Assembly (NCBI GenBank): GCA_963783885.1
Contig: CAWAPJ010000008.1
Location: 1 to 64,000 of the forward strand
DNA length: 64,000 bases
Reading direction: 5' to 3'
From: Waddliaceae bacterium
Lineage (GTDB): Bacteria; Chlamydiota; Chlamydiia; Chlamydiales; SLFE01
Shown here: positions 53,406 to 64,000 of the stretch, in pieces
Position numbering within the stretch: position 1 is the stretch's first letter
Layout of the letters: each line of letters starts with the position of its first letter
The notes under the pieces: generated by a model
The model's input: only the letters and a program-made list of their open reading frames with translations
Database searches by the model: none
Told to the model about the DNA's origin: nothing
Position numbers and translations under genes: made by a program

Positions 53406-53474
53406 GAGGGAATTGCAAAACTAATGCAAAACCGATTTTTGAGCGCTTTTGCATTAGTTTTGCAATTCCCTCTA
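53406..53474. repeat. Short palindromic element (same family as 33040-33190)
   Basis: GAGGGAATTGCAAAACTAATGCAAAA / TTTTGCATTAGTTTTGCAATTCCCTC arms. Confidence 0.75.
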
Positions 53475-53491
53475 ATAACAAACTCCATCTT

Positions 53492-53650
53492 GTACCCTAT
53501 CAACTTTGTATTGATAAGTGAGACGATGAGACTTTTGTGACTGCCGAAGCGTGGAGATCGAAGGAAACTTAGTCAAGTTTCCGAGATCGAACGCAATGGC
53601 AGTTGCGAAAAGGTCGAGTCTCACTTATCAATACAAAGTTGATAGGGTAC
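53492..53650. repeat. 159-bp palindromic MITE-like element with 33-bp perfect inverted repeats
   Basis: GTACCCTATCAACTTTGTATTGATAAGTGAGAC and its reverse complement at 53618-53650. Confidence 0.85.
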
Positions 53651-53788
53651 TAGCCTTAAATCACCCTGTACCTCCTTCTATATAAAGGGTTGTAGTCATT
53701 TCTTTAATGTTGAGAAAGGAATTTCTATGTTATTTATTATGAAATATTACCTTGAAATTAATACAGTATGTTTATACTATCTATAACT

Positions 53789-54580
53789 ATGAATCAAAAA
53801 AACAATATAACAAACATCTGTTCGGATAACCTCTATCTGATTCTTCAATCAGTTAATGACGATAGGGTTATGAGGCAAGTTTGCAGTCAGTGGATGTCTT
53901 TGATCGAGTATCGTAACGAAGTTCTTTTCAACAGGATATTGAACAACTGCGGCGAAAGCGATCGGAAAACTATAGAAATTCACGCGAGTGGACAAAAAAC
54001 TTTTTTTGGCAGGATATCGACTTTGCGGATGATTTGGCCGATGAAAAAATTTGGGGTCAAGAATTCAGGTGATTGGGTCGGGCTGTTTGAGACTCTTCCC
54101 AAAAAAAATCCAGAAGAGCTCAGAAACTTTATTCAAACCATTAAAGACAATCATGGCAAAATCAAAAAAGTTCATATCGCTTTTAAAAATTCCTTAAAAG
54201 AATCACTGAAATATCAAAACCCCCTTGATACAATTTTGCTGGCGGCAAATGCCCTCAGATCGATCAAAGAACTAGACCTTAGAAATTCTCAGCTTAAAGA
54301 ACTTCCCTCCTCGATTAAGTACGTATCAAACCTCATTACACTTAATGTATATGATAACTATCTGAAGACCCTGCCTGAAGAAATAGGAGAATTGAAACAA
54401 CTGAAAAAATTGAACGCCGCTTACAACTGCATCAAAACCCTTCCAGCGGCTTTGGCTCAGTTGGCGGCGCTGCAAGAACTCAATCTCCTTGCAAATGACT
54501 CACTCAAGGACTACCCCTCCCCCCTTGATGAGATGAAAAATCGGGAGGGGCTCAAAATTTTAGTCCACCAGTCCGCGTAA
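53789..54580 (+). CDS. Leucine-rich-repeat protein with F-box-like N-terminus
   Basis: LYLILQ...MRQVCSQW; LDLRNSQLKELP, NYLKTLPEEIGEL LRRs; start could be 53768. Confidence 0.75.
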   Translation: MNQKNNITNICSDNLYLILQSVNDDRVMRQVCSQWMSLIEYRNEVLFNRILNNCGESDRKTIEIHASGQKTFFGRISTLRMIWPMKKFGVKNSGDWVGLFETLPKKNPEELRNFIQTIKDNHGKIKKVHIAFKNSLKESLKYQNPLDTILLAANALRSIKELDLRNSQLKELPSSIKYVSNLITLNVYDNYLKTLPEEIGELKQLKKLNAAYNCIKTLPAALAQLAALQELNLLANDSLKDYPSPLDEMKNREGLKILVHQSA

Positions 54581-55753
54581 ATAACGGACCATTTCACCAA
54601 AATCTTTAATGTCGTTTGCTTCAAAGGCTCTCTTCATGGGATCTAAATGACCTGTCAACCATGTTTCAAGATCTTTGAGCATATCAGAATCAACCGGCTG
54701 TTCTTCGCCGCTTGCCTTTTTAACAGCTTCGTTTAGGGTTTCTTGGTTTGAGTTGTACTCATTTTTTAAGGACCTGTAAACTTCTAAAGCGATATAGGCG
54801 GATTTATAGCGAAGGGTGAAGGTTGTTGCCTTAAGTACTGCTTTTAGCCGATCGCCGTGTACGCTCAGCCACTTCTCGAACTGTTCTTTGAGATCTTGGC
54901 TGATTTGAGTATTTTCGCGATAGTTCTCTTGAGCTTTTTCATAGGCTTCGACAATTTCTTGGTCTTCAAACTTTTCTTTGTTTGATAGGCAAAAATATGT
55001 CAAAAATGCCAAAGCTTCCTCCTTATTTTTAAAAGGAACAGGATCTTTCAAGCCAAAGTCTTCTTTTATCTTGTCAACTTGTTCTTGAGTGATTGGCATC
55101 GGATCTTTCTTGTCCTCTTTTTCCGGGAGCGTCTTATTACTGAACCAATATTGAAGAAGCAAGTTGAGGCTGATAGTGAAGGCAAATCCACCAGCTCCTC
55201 CAAGACTCCAGGAAGTATAAAGAACGGCTTTTTCAAGCAAAGCGTTTGCGACAAATTTTGATATAATTGAACTGGCAACCCCTCTCCCTAAGAAAAGCAG
55301 CGTTCCATTTTCTAATGTGAGGTAAAGAAATTCCGGCATTTTTCTTATTGCAAGGCCTTTGATTTGCCAAGCAAGGACGGTTGCGCTTAATCCGGCAAAA
55401 GTATTGGGAGGGATTGATAACTTGATGACACGATCGGTGAAATTCATGACGCTTATGGCGCTGTTGCACACAATATCTTTTGCGGGAAGGATAAAATCGA
55501 TAGCCAATTGCGAAACACCTTGCAGCTGCTCAGCTCCAATGCACGTGGTCCTAACGATTGATGACAGATATCCCGGATTGGGATTGGCAAATTCAACGTT
55601 TTTTCCATAGCCGAGCAGCACCCAATCGTGAATTGACATTTCATCATTCTCCGCCGCTTGGGGATCTGCAAGGACAACAATTTGCCCCTGAGATTCAGTA
55701 CTGCTCTCGACAGGTGTATAATTAGTAATTATTTTTTTATCTAATGGTTCCAT
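54560..55753 (-). CDS. Hypothetical protein with central hydrophobic segments
   Basis: 397-aa ORF; hydrophobic middle, coiled C-terminus. Confidence 0.7.
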   Translation of the reverse strand: MEPLDKKIITNYTPVESSTESQGQIVVLADPQAAENDEMSIHDWVLLGYGKNVEFANPNPGYLSSIVRTTCIGAEQLQGVSQLAIDFILPAKDIVCNSAISVMNFTDRVIKLSIPPNTFAGLSATVLAWQIKGLAIRKMPEFLYLTLENGTLLFLGRGVASSIISKFVANALLEKAVLYTSWSLGGAGGFAFTISLNLLLQYWFSNKTLPEKEDKKDPMPITQEQVDKIKEDFGLKDPVPFKNKEEALAFLTYFCLSNKEKFEDQEIVEAYEKAQENYRENTQISQDLKEQFEKWLSVHGDRLKAVLKATTFTLRYKSAYIALEVYRSLKNEYNSNQETLNEAVKKASGEEQPVDSDMLKDLETWLTGHLDPMKRAFEANDIKDFGEMVRYLRGLVD

Positions 55754-55913
55754 AATAAAATTATCCTTAAAATGTTATTGCTTTATTCGTATTATAGAAA
55801 TCAGATAATAACATAAAATTAAATATTTATAAAGATTTAATTAAATTTGGCTTTGTTGCGTAATTAACCACAGAGCTCACAAGAGCGCACAGAGAGAATA
55901 TGAGAGATTTGAT

Positions 55914-56858
55914 TTAAGCTGCTATTAATTCACTTTCAGGCATTCCCAGCTTTGTCATTATATTTAGTGCTTCACATTTTGCCCTTGATTCAGCCCTTTG
56001 GGTTTCCAGAGTTCTACTTCTTAAATCATTTCCAAAGAATCGTTTAAATCTAAACATGGCTGTTTCTGCAAGTGATCGACGATGATAACCTTTCAACTTT
56101 TTCCATAATTTTCTTGCATCATCATCACCTCCTAAACCTGAAATTTCCAGCAAACTGATATTCCGCATCTTCCAAGAAGGAGATATGTTTTCTCGAAAAA
56201 CAGCATTCCTATTGGGTGGAATAATAGGAATTGAGCCGTGAACTACATTTGCAGCATAGCATCGCTTAGTATCATAAGCCCCATCTCCATATGTGCGCTT
56301 AACTGATTTCGGCATTACCTCGAGAAGTTTTGGATACACTTCACAATCTGCAACGTTATTTTCAGTAAGAATTTCGAAAATAATTTCGTGAGAGTCAGGG
56401 CAGACTGCCAGATGGAGCTTTCTCCATGTTCGCCTTTTACTGATTCCATGCTGCCTAACTTTCCATTCACCCTCTCCGTACACTTTCAAACCGGTTGAAT
56501 CGATTACAATATTGGTGACTTTTTTTTTCGAAAGTTTCTTCAACTCTTGCCCCAACAACTTAGCTCTGCGACAAATTTGAGTATAAGAAGGAATCGATAA
56601 ACCAACAGATAAAATCATAACAAGAGATGTCAAAAATCCTTCGAGTGCTCTCAATGGAAGATGAAAAACCGATCGAATAATGAGCGCGGTGAGAATAGCG
56701 TCATCAGAATAGAGTTTTGGACGCCCCTTTTTTCCTATTTCTTTTGGAGCCATCCACTTATTGATAGCATCTTCAGAAAACCAAACAGTTATGCTTCCCC
56801 TTTGAATAAGAGATTTGTTATAGTCGTTCCAGTTGCGAATGCGATATTTTGCCTTCAT
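55914..56858 (-). CDS. IS5-family (IS903 group) transposase
   Basis: Protein identical to 22674-23618. Confidence 0.95.
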   Translation of the reverse strand: MKAKYRIRNWNDYNKSLIQRGSITVWFSEDAINKWMAPKEIGKKGRPKLYSDDAILTALIIRSVFHLPLRALEGFLTSLVMILSVGLSIPSYTQICRRAKLLGQELKKLSKKKVTNIVIDSTGLKVYGEGEWKVRQHGISKRRTWRKLHLAVCPDSHEIIFEILTENNVADCEVYPKLLEVMPKSVKRTYGDGAYDTKRCYAANVVHGSIPIIPPNRNAVFRENISPSWKMRNISLLEISGLGGDDDARKLWKKLKGYHRRSLAETAMFRFKRFFGNDLRSRTLETQRAESRAKCEALNIMTKLGMPESELIAA

Positions 56859-56942
56859 CTTGATCCTCCAATTTGTTGCAACTAAAAATTAGAGTATTAG
56901 GTATTTGTCGGCAAGCTCGCATTCGCCCTTTTTGGAGAAAAG

Positions 56943-57347
56943 ATGACTAGTACCCACACAACTGAAGAAGCCAACCAAAAAAGAAATGACCTTTTAACAG
57001 GGGAAATCATAGGTGCTGCGATTGAAGTTCATCGAAGATTAGGTCCAGGCTTGCTTGAATCGACATACGAAACTTGTCTTTGCTACGAGTTGAACCTTGC
57101 GGGTTTGAAAGTTAACCGGCAGATATCAGTACCTATTAATCGTGATAAAAAGCTAGACTCAGGCTACCGGATCGATATGATAGTGGAAGATAAGGTTATT
57201 TTGGAGATAAAATCTGTGGCCAATCTCTTGCCTGTTCATGAGGCCCAACTTCTATCCTATCTTAAGCATAATGGTGGTGGCAGAGGTTTGCTCATCAATT
57301 TCAATGTAAAACTTCTAAAAAATGGGATTAGGCGTCTAATCATTTAA
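56943..57347 (+). CDS. GxxExxY protein
   Basis: As 22182-22589 but QISVPINRDK instead of QIPVPIIYRDK. Confidence 0.9.
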   Translation: MTSTHTTEEANQKRNDLLTGEIIGAAIEVHRRLGPGLLESTYETCLCYELNLAGLKVNRQISVPINRDKKLDSGYRIDMIVEDKVILEIKSVANLLPVHEAQLLSYLKHNGGGRGLLINFNVKLLKNGIRRLII

Positions 57348-57480
57348 TTCCTCTCTCATAATCTCTCAGTGAGCTCGGTGGTCTCAGTGGTGATTTATGC
57401 AACAACGCCATTAAATTTTAATGATGCGTGAATTCACGCTAGCGACCATTCCTATTGCCACTTTTCATTAGGCAATAAAA

Positions 57481-60400
57481 TCATTCAGACAACATTTCCA
57501 TCAGCTGCTTTTCCCATTCTTTGGGAGTGCTGACGGGTTTGAAGAGCTTTTGCGAGACTTGTTTTTTCTTTTCTATGCGAACCGAAACTTTGGAGACTTT
57601 GATGGTGTTGATTCCCTTTAAGGCGGCGGTGGTTTTGACGCGGGACATGTGGATGAGCCATTCGGCAGGCTCTGGAAGGGGGCCGAAACGGTCGATGAGC
57701 TCTTCGGAAATGGCGTCGACTTCTTCGAGGGAGACGGCTTCGCCAAGGCGCTGATAAAACTCCATGCGAAGCGATGGTTCGTTGACGTAAGTGTCGGGAA
57801 GGCGGGCGTCGATCGGGGCTTCGATTTTTGTCTCGGTAAAGGTGGCGGGGGTTTTTCCTTTGAGTGTTTGGACGGCCCTTTTTAGCCACTTGCAGTATTG
57901 GTGGAAGCCGATCGTTTCGACTTGGCCCGACTGCTCTTCTCCAAGGATGTTTCCCGCTCCGCGAATTTCTAAGTCGCGAAGGGCGACTTTCATTCCTCCG
58001 CCGTATCCCGATGTTTCGGCAAGGGCGGCGAGGCGGCGGCGCGAGAGGGCGGCGAGGGTGCTGAGTTTGGGGACCATGAAGTAGGCGTAGGCCTGGCGGT
58101 TCCAGCGGCCGACGCGGCCTCTTAGCTGGTAGAGTTCGGCAATGCCGAAGCGGTCGGCGCGGTCGATAAGAATGGTATTGGCGTTGGGTATGTCGATGCC
58201 GTTTTCGACGATTGTTGTCGCCAGCAAAATATCGGCTTTGCCGCTTTTGAATGTGTGGAAGACGGTGTCGATCTCCTGGGCGCTCATCTGTCCGTGGCCG
58301 ACGATGACGCGGGCGTGTGGGAGGATTTTTTTTATGCGGGTTGCGAGGTTGTAAATCGTATCGACGCGGTTGTGGATCACAAATGCCTGGCCGTCGCGGG
58401 ACAGCTCGCGTAAAAGCGCGCTCTTGAGCAGATCGTCGCTAAGCTCTGCGATGACGGTTTTGATCGGGATGCGGTCCTGGGGCGGGGTATTGATGACGGA
58501 TAAGTCGCGGGCTCCCATCAGGGACATATAGAGTGTCCTTGGTATAGGCGTTGCTGTGAGTGTCAGGCAGTCGACCCCTGTTTTGATCTTTTTCAGGTGT
58601 TCTTTTGCCCGGACGCCGAAACGCTGCTCTTCGTCGATAATCACAAGGCCCAAATCCTTGAAAACAATGTCTGGACTGGTGATGCGGTGGGTGCCGATCA
58701 AAATATCGACGGTTCCCTTCTCCACTCCTTCCAGGACTTCTTTTGTTTTTTTTGTCTTTTGAAAACGAGAGAGCACTTGGACGTTAATGGGAAAGTCGCG
58801 CATCCTTTCGGAGAAGTTTTCGTAGTGCTGCATGGCCAAAACGGTTGTCGGCACCAAAATGGCGACCTGTTTTCCTCCGTCGACCACGGCTTTGAAGGCG
58901 GCTCTCATGGCCACTTCGGTTTTTCCGTACCCCACATCGCCGCAGACGAGGCGGTCCATCGCTTTGCTTGATGACATGTCCTGTTTGACAGAGGCGATGG
59001 CGTCTATCTGGTCTTTGGTTTCGATAAAGGGGAATTCGTCTTCGAAAGCAGTGAGATCTTCGCTTCCTTCGGGATATTCGAAACCGGGGGTGATAGAGCG
59101 GTTGGCATAGAGCTCGAGAAGGTCGGAAGCGTAGCCCATAATGGCTGCTTGAGTTTTTTCTTTGGCCCGTTTCCATTTGACGCTTCCAAGAGTGTGCATT
59201 TTGGGGGCTTCTTCGGATGTGCCGATATACTTGGTGAGAAAATGGGCCTGGTTCATGGGAACGTAAAGGCGGGCATTGTCGGCATATTCGAGAAGGAAGT
59301 ATTCATTCATGGCGCCGCTTGCGTCGGGGCGTCTTTCCATTCCCAGATATCTGCCGATGCCGTTTTGCAAGTGGACTACCATATCGCCGGGAGTGAGTTC
59401 ATACGATTCCGACGGGGGAGTGTGGTAGGTGCTGCGGTGTTTTTGTCTTCGGATTTTGTAGCGGTGTGTAATCTCAGTGAGGGAGAAAATCACTCTTTTC
59501 TCCTGGGGAATGATAAATCCCGAAGAGAGATAGCCTAAAGAGACATCTTTATGAAAAATATTTCTTCCGGCAAGTTTTTTTTCAAATGCGTGTTTCTCCA
59601 CTTCACCGGAACAGAGTATCTGCCAGGTATCGGTAAGGTGCGGGTCGGCAAGGGTTTCCAGAACTTCTTCTTCCGAGGTCCCCTCATCGGAAAATTTAAC
59701 AAAAGGCGATTGGAATCTTTTGGCTTTGAATTTTCTGAGAAACATCTCGAAACCGATCGCATAGATTGGATTTTGTTTCGAGTAAAGGCTTCCCGAGACA
59801 TTTTCGAGAATTTCAATCTCGCTGAGCTGCTCAATGTTTGTTTGTGTGAGAAAAATTTTCTGAAAGGAATTCAATTCCTCAAGAAACTCTTCAATACTGC
59901 AAAAATAGGAGGAGCTTCTGCCTGCCATGCCGGTCAGCTTGGCGTAGCGGTCCTCGAGCGCGGTGAGGTTGTCGAGAATCACAATCGTCTCTTTGCCCAG
60001 ATAGTCGAGGATTGTGCTGAGTTTGGGGGCATTTTCGAGCAGCTCTAGCTCTTTGGCGGGGTTGATGCTGACGCTTTCGATTTTCTTGATCGATTTTTGT
60101 CCGATGGGATCGTAAATGCGGAGGGATTCGATCTCGTCTCCCCAAAATTCGATGCGGTAAGGGTCGGGCGATGATACGGGAAATATGTCGATGATGCCGC
60201 CCCGAACGGCATATTCTCCTTTGTCGGAGGCGACAGGCCGCCTTTCATAACCCATGCGCTCAAAGTGTTCAAGGAGGTCGTCGAAGGGAAGAGCTTCGCC
60301 GATCTGCAATTGGAAATGGAGCGAGTGGAAAAGAGAGGGATCTATCAGCTTTTGCAAGGAGGCTTGAAGGCTGGTGAGTATGATGTGGGGCTTTTGGGTA

Positions 60401-60720
60401 GTGACAATTTTTTCCAGGACTTCATAGCGTTCGCCGACAATGTCCGGACTTGGAGGAACTTTTTCCGACGGCAGGGTTTCCCAAGCGGGAAAGTCGACGA
60501 CAGGGGTGTCGGTAAAAAAACCGAAATCATGGAATAGGGCGGCCTCTTCACGGCTGGCCCCAGTCAGGATCAAAATGTGCTTTCCTGTAATTTTTTGCGC
60601 AAGGGAAGACAGATAAGCTTTGGGAGAATCCCAGAGCTCTTCGATTAATATATCATGATTTTCACTCAAAGCCTTTCGAAAAGGTTCGAGTACAGGTAAA
60701 GAAAATAAGTCTTCGGTCAC
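57481..60720 (-). CDS. mfd: Transcription-repair coupling factor
   Basis: [49 protein letters not shown]. Confidence 0.96.
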   Translation of the reverse strand: MTEDLFSLPVLEPFRKALSENHDILIEELWDSPKAYLSSLAQKITGKHILILTGASREEAALFHDFGFFTDTPVVDFPAWETLPSEKVPPSPDIVGERYEVLEKIVTTQKPHIILTSLQASLQKLIDPSLFHSLHFQLQIGEALPFDDLLEHFERMGYERRPVASDKGEYAVRGGIIDIFPVSSPDPYRIEFWGDEIESLRIYDPIGQKSIKKIESVSINPAKELELLENAPKLSTILDYLGKETIVILDNLTALEDRYAKLTGMAGRSSSYFCSIEEFLEELNSFQKIFLTQTNIEQLSEIEILENVSGSLYSKQNPIYAIGFEMFLRKFKAKRFQSPFVKFSDEGTSEEEVLETLADPHLTDTWQILCSGEVEKHAFEKKLAGRNIFHKDVSLGYLSSGFIIPQEKRVIFSLTEITHRYKIRRQKHRSTYHTPPSESYELTPGDMVVHLQNGIGRYLGMERRPDASGAMNEYFLLEYADNARLYVPMNQAHFLTKYIGTSEEAPKMHTLGSVKWKRAKEKTQAAIMGYASDLLELYANRSITPGFEYPEGSEDLTAFEDEFPFIETKDQIDAIASVKQDMSSSKAMDRLVCGDVGYGKTEVAMRAAFKAVVDGGKQVAILVPTTVLAMQHYENFSERMRDFPINVQVLSRFQKTKKTKEVLEGVEKGTVDILIGTHRITSPDIVFKDLGLVIIDEEQRFGVRAKEHLKKIKTGVDCLTLTATPIPRTLYMSLMGARDLSVINTPPQDRIPIKTVIAELSDDLLKSALLRELSRDGQAFVIHNRVDTIYNLATRIKKILPHARVIVGHGQMSAQEIDTVFHTFKSGKADILLATTIVENGIDIPNANTILIDRADRFGIAELYQLRGRVGRWNRQAYAYFMVPKLSTLAALSRRRLAALAETSGYGGGMKVALRDLEIRGAGNILGEEQSGQVETIGFHQYCKWLKRAVQTLKGKTPATFTETKIEAPIDARLPDTYVNEPSLRMEFYQRLGEAVSLEEVDAISEELIDRFGPLPEPAEWLIHMSRVKTTAALKGINTIKVSKVSVRIEKKKQVSQKLFKPVSTPKEWEKQLMEMLSE

Positions 60721-63335
60721 AGTAAATTTTTTACGTTTTCAAGGGCTTCGCTTAGTTTTTCGGGATTTTTTCCGCCGGCTTGAGCGCCGGAGGGTTTTCC
60801 GCCGCCGCTTCCCTCGATGATGGGGGCCAGATCGGAAATGAGTTTTTGGGCATCGAGGCCCTTTTTCACAAAATCATCGCTGACACGGACAATAAGATGT
60901 CCTTTGCCGCTCGATCGGCATCCAAGGACAACAAGCCCTGACTTAAGTTTCTGCAAAAGCTTTTCGGCAAGGGGGCGCAGCTCTTTGGAGTCGACATCCG
61001 CTTCAGCCGTAATGCAGGGGATGCCGTTTATTATTTGCTTTTTTTCAAGCAGAGAATCAATCAGCTGGCCTCTGGACTGTTGATGTATGTGTTTTAATTC
61101 CTGCGACAGCTCCAGGTTTTCCTGGGTAAGCTTTTCCAGGCGTGTTTTGAGTTTTTGAGGCGTTGTTTTCAGCATGTCGGAGATATCGCGGAGCAAATCA
61201 TCGCTGGAGCGGGCGAACTCTTCGGCCTCTTTTCCCGTGACCGCTTCGATTCGCCTTACGCCTTGGGCGATGCTTTTTTCGGAGACGATTTTGAACAGGC
61301 CGATGTTTCCCGATCTGCCGGTGTGGGTGCCTCCGCAAAGTTCTTTGGTCGGCTGTATGTCGACGACTCTGACAACCGAGTCGTATTTATCGCCGAAAAA
61401 TTGCTTGATATCTTTTCGCTTTTGGGCCTCTTCATAATGAATTTCGTAACTGGTGACAGGGTGGTTTTCCCGGATTTTTTGGTTGACCCAGTCTTCAATT
61501 TCCCGGATTTCCTCATCCGATAGAGCTTTGTGATGGCTAAAATCGAATCGGAGGCGGGCGGCGTCGACAACCGAGCCTGCCTGCCTGACATGCTCTCCGA
61601 GTACATGCTGCAAAGCCCCGTGAAGAAGGTGGGTGGCGGTGTGGTTGTTGGCAATTGCCTGTCTTCTTTTAGCATTGACTAAGGCCTCTATGGGGTCGCC
61701 GGCAGTGAGAGTTCCTCTTTTTTGGATGCCGATGTGGGCGGTGACACCTTTAAAGGGGGATTGTGTATCCCGAACTTCGAAAAGGGAATTTATGCCGATG
61801 ATTTCTCCGGTATCGCCCACCTGTCCTCCCATTTCCGCATAAAATGGCGTTCGGTCAAGGATAACGGCCCCTTCCTGCCCTTTCTCAAGACGATCCGTGA
61901 ATTTTCCATCAGCAATTAGGGCAGTGATTTTTCCTTCGGCGCTTGTGTGGTCGTAGCCGAGGAATTGGGTTGGGGAATGCTCTTTGCTAAAGTCTTCGAA
62001 GATGTTTGTTTCGGCGACTTGCTGCGCTTTTTTGTGGACAGCGCGGGAACGCTGGCGCGCCTCCTCTTCCAGCTCTTCATAACGCTTGAGGTCGACATCA
62101 AGGCCTGCATCTTTGGCGAGCAGCGTGATCTCTTCAAGGGGCATTCCATAGGTGTCTTTTAACTTGAAGGCATCGTCTCCGGTGATGTGGTTGCCGTGCT
62201 CCTGGGCCCTTTCGATTGTTTGATTCAAAAGGTTGCCGCCCCGTTTCAGGGTACGGAGGAAACTTTCCTCTTCCAGTGTCAGAATTTCGTCGATGCGGCT
62301 CTGGCCGGTTTTCAGTTCGGTAAAATGATCGCCCATCAGCGCTGCAAGGCGGGGAAGCATTTTTGCGAGAAATGGATCTTTGAGCCCAAGCTGCCTTCCA
62401 TAGCGGACCGCCCGCCTGAGAACTTTTCTCAAGACATATCCCCGGTCGACATTGCTTGGCTGCACCCCGTCGGCGATGGCAAAAGCGAGGCACCGGAGGT
62501 GGTCGGCAATAACGCGGAAGGCTGCCGATGTATGATGGTCGCCGGGATCGTATTTGATTCCGGAAAGGTTTTCGACTTCGGCGATCAGGCTTAGAAGAAC
62601 ATCGGTTTCGAAAATGCTGTCGACATCATACATGAGGGTAAGAAGCCTTTCCAGACCCGCTCCCGTGTCGACTGAAGGTTTGGGAAGAGCGGCTATTTCG
62701 CCGTTTGGCATTTGGTTGTATTGCATGAAGACCAAGTTCCAGAATTCCAGGAATCTGGGGCCTTCCGGGTCTTCTGCAAGCGTGACGGCATCGCTGTAGG
62801 CCGGTCCGCGGTCATAGTAGAGCTCCGAACAGGGGCCGCAGGGGCCCGTATCTCCCATGGACCAGTAATTTTCCGACTCCCCGAAGCGGACGATTCTTTC
62901 GTCGGGAAGGTATTTCGTCCAAATCTCAAAAGCTTCGTCGTCGTCCAGATAGACGCTTGCCCACAGGTGTTTGGGGTCGAACCCGAAAATTTCGGTGGAG
63001 ACTTCCCAGGCGAATTTGACCGCCTCTTCCTTAAAGTAGTCGCCGAAGGAGAAATTGCCTAGCATTTCGAAGAATGTCAGGTGCCGCGTCGTATGGCCGA
63101 CATTTTCCAGGTCGTTGTGCTTTCCTCCTACACGGATGCATTTTTGGCTGGAGGCAGCGCGGTTGTAATCCCTTTTCGATTGTCCGAGAAAAACGTCTTT
63201 GAATTGATTCATACCCGCGTTGGTGAAAAGGAGGGTCGGATCGTCATGGGGCACGACGGGGGAGGAAGGGACGATAGAATGCCCTTGATCTTTAAAGTAC
63301 TTCAAAAATTTGCTGCGAATCTCGCCGGAATCCAT
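60717..63335 (-). CDS. alaS: Alanine--tRNA ligase
   Basis: [49 protein letters not shown]. Confidence 0.97.
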   Translation of the reverse strand: MDSGEIRSKFLKYFKDQGHSIVPSSPVVPHDDPTLLFTNAGMNQFKDVFLGQSKRDYNRAASSQKCIRVGGKHNDLENVGHTTRHLTFFEMLGNFSFGDYFKEEAVKFAWEVSTEIFGFDPKHLWASVYLDDDEAFEIWTKYLPDERIVRFGESENYWSMGDTGPCGPCSELYYDRGPAYSDAVTLAEDPEGPRFLEFWNLVFMQYNQMPNGEIAALPKPSVDTGAGLERLLTLMYDVDSIFETDVLLSLIAEVENLSGIKYDPGDHHTSAAFRVIADHLRCLAFAIADGVQPSNVDRGYVLRKVLRRAVRYGRQLGLKDPFLAKMLPRLAALMGDHFTELKTGQSRIDEILTLEEESFLRTLKRGGNLLNQTIERAQEHGNHITGDDAFKLKDTYGMPLEEITLLAKDAGLDVDLKRYEELEEEARQRSRAVHKKAQQVAETNIFEDFSKEHSPTQFLGYDHTSAEGKITALIADGKFTDRLEKGQEGAVILDRTPFYAEMGGQVGDTGEIIGINSLFEVRDTQSPFKGVTAHIGIQKRGTLTAGDPIEALVNAKRRQAIANNHTATHLLHGALQHVLGEHVRQAGSVVDAARLRFDFSHHKALSDEEIREIEDWVNQKIRENHPVTSYEIHYEEAQKRKDIKQFFGDKYDSVVRVVDIQPTKELCGGTHTGRSGNIGLFKIVSEKSIAQGVRRIEAVTGKEAEEFARSSDDLLRDISDMLKTTPQKLKTRLEKLTQENLELSQELKHIHQQSRGQLIDSLLEKKQIINGIPCITAEADVDSKELRPLAEKLLQKLKSGLVVLGCRSSGKGHLIVRVSDDFVKKGLDAQKLISDLAPIIEGSGGGKPSGAQAGGKNPEKLSEALENVKNLL

Positions 63336-63421
63336 AATTTCTTAAAATCATAGTCGATCGCGACATTAAAATGAACTTTAATTCTCAAATTTGTATAAAG
63401 GGAATTTGATTTGGAGGCGGC

Positions 63422-64000
63422 ATGAGAAGTTTTTTTCTTTTTCTGGCAGCAATTTTATTTACCTCTGGACTTTTTGCAGAGGACAAGGAAAGGTGGGTAG
63501 CCTACTATTCCGATAAAGCTCCTATCGAGGCTTTTGATCCGTATTCTCTTATTGTTTTGGATTCCGATGACCACCCCACCCTTGAAGCTTTGAAGGAAGG
63601 AGGCAAGACTCTATTGGGATATCTCAGTTTAGGGGAGGTTGAAAATAATCGGTGGTGGTATCCCGATGTCAAAAATGAAGGGATTTTACTTCATGAGAAC
63701 AAACTTTGGCCTGGATCTTTTTTTGTCGACCTTCGCGATCCCAGATGGGCCAAAAGAGTGATTGAGGATTTGATCCCTTGTCTGCTTCATATGGGATTCG
63801 ACGGGTTGTTTTTAGATACCCTTGACAATGCCGAGGAGCTAGAACATGAAAATCTTGCCGCGTATCAGGGGATGACTCAGGCAGCGGCTCACCTTGTTAT
63901 GGCAATCAAAATGCACTATCCCCACATTCCCGTCATGGTGAACAGGGCCTATTTTCTTCTTCCCGAGACTGTGGGCATCATCGATATGGAGCTGGGCGAG
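63422..64000 (+). CDS. Secreted endo-alpha-1,4-polygalactosaminidase-like glycoside hydrolase (GH114/PelA-like), partial
   Basis: Manual translation MRSFFLFLAAILFTSGLFAEDKERWVAYY...GYLSLGEVE...VDLRDPRW...GFDGLFLDTLD...NRAY; GGAGG SD; runs off the right edge. Confidence 0.75.
   Translation, partial: MRSFFLFLAAILFTSGLFAEDKERWVAYYSDKAPIEAFDPYSLIVLDSDDHPTLEALKEGGKTLLGYLSLGEVENNRWWYPDVKNEGILLHENKLWPGSFFVDLRDPRWAKRVIEDLIPCLLHMGFDGLFLDTLDNAEELEHENLAAYQGMTQAAAHLVMAIKMHYPHIPVMVNRAYFLLPETVGIIDMELGE

Larger units (their letters stand above)
55849..57409 (-). mobile_element. IS5/IS903-type element with GxxExxY passenger gene, copy 2
   Basis: Inverted near-identical copy of 22120-23683; own 9-bp TSD ATTAAATTT. 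Confidence 0.93.

Noticed and set aside
23684-55848. Inversion or composite transposon bounded by the two inverted IS5 copies
   Set aside because: Each copy retains its own matched TSD, so they are independent insertions with no exchange

Overview
Chromosomal window from an environmental chlamydia (phylum Chlamydiae). The assignment rests on the 16S 5' signature GAGAATTTGATCTTGGTTCAG...GGCGTGGATGAGGCATGC, a tRNA-free ITS and an Hc1-type histone-like gene. The first 12.9 kb is an accessory locus on the minus strand. An IS66 without target duplication joins a truncated HDAC-family gene to a 5'-truncated Rhs gene. That gene is followed by an array of orphan Rhs-CT/immunity cassettes: an unnamed CT with CPCC immunity, Ntox24-like with Imm53, a second Imm53 remnant, and a barnase-like CT with barstar. 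The most striking feature is that every cassette boundary carries the 5' half (DI-DII/DIII, no RT, no DV/DVI seen) of the same group II intron. Each copy sits behind its own IBS1/IBS2-like sequence, complementary to the intron's EBS1/EBS2. The array runs off the left edge. The rest of the window holds gdhA, an rRNA operon, a triuret/biuret-hydrolase-urea transporter-cupin cluster, and two independent insertions (9-bp TSDs) of an IS5/IS903-type element carrying a GxxExxY passenger gene. It also holds several long palindromic MITE-like elements and candidate effectors: a Ser/Thr kinase, an ankyrin-SidJ-like pseudokinase, an F-box-like/LRR protein and tandem paralogs. A nonsense-interrupted nadE and housekeeping genes complete it (exbBD-like, hctA, rlmD, tgt, yajC, pcm, htpG, nqrF, epmA, efp, mfd, alaS). 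All family calls are from motif recognition by eye; no searches were run.
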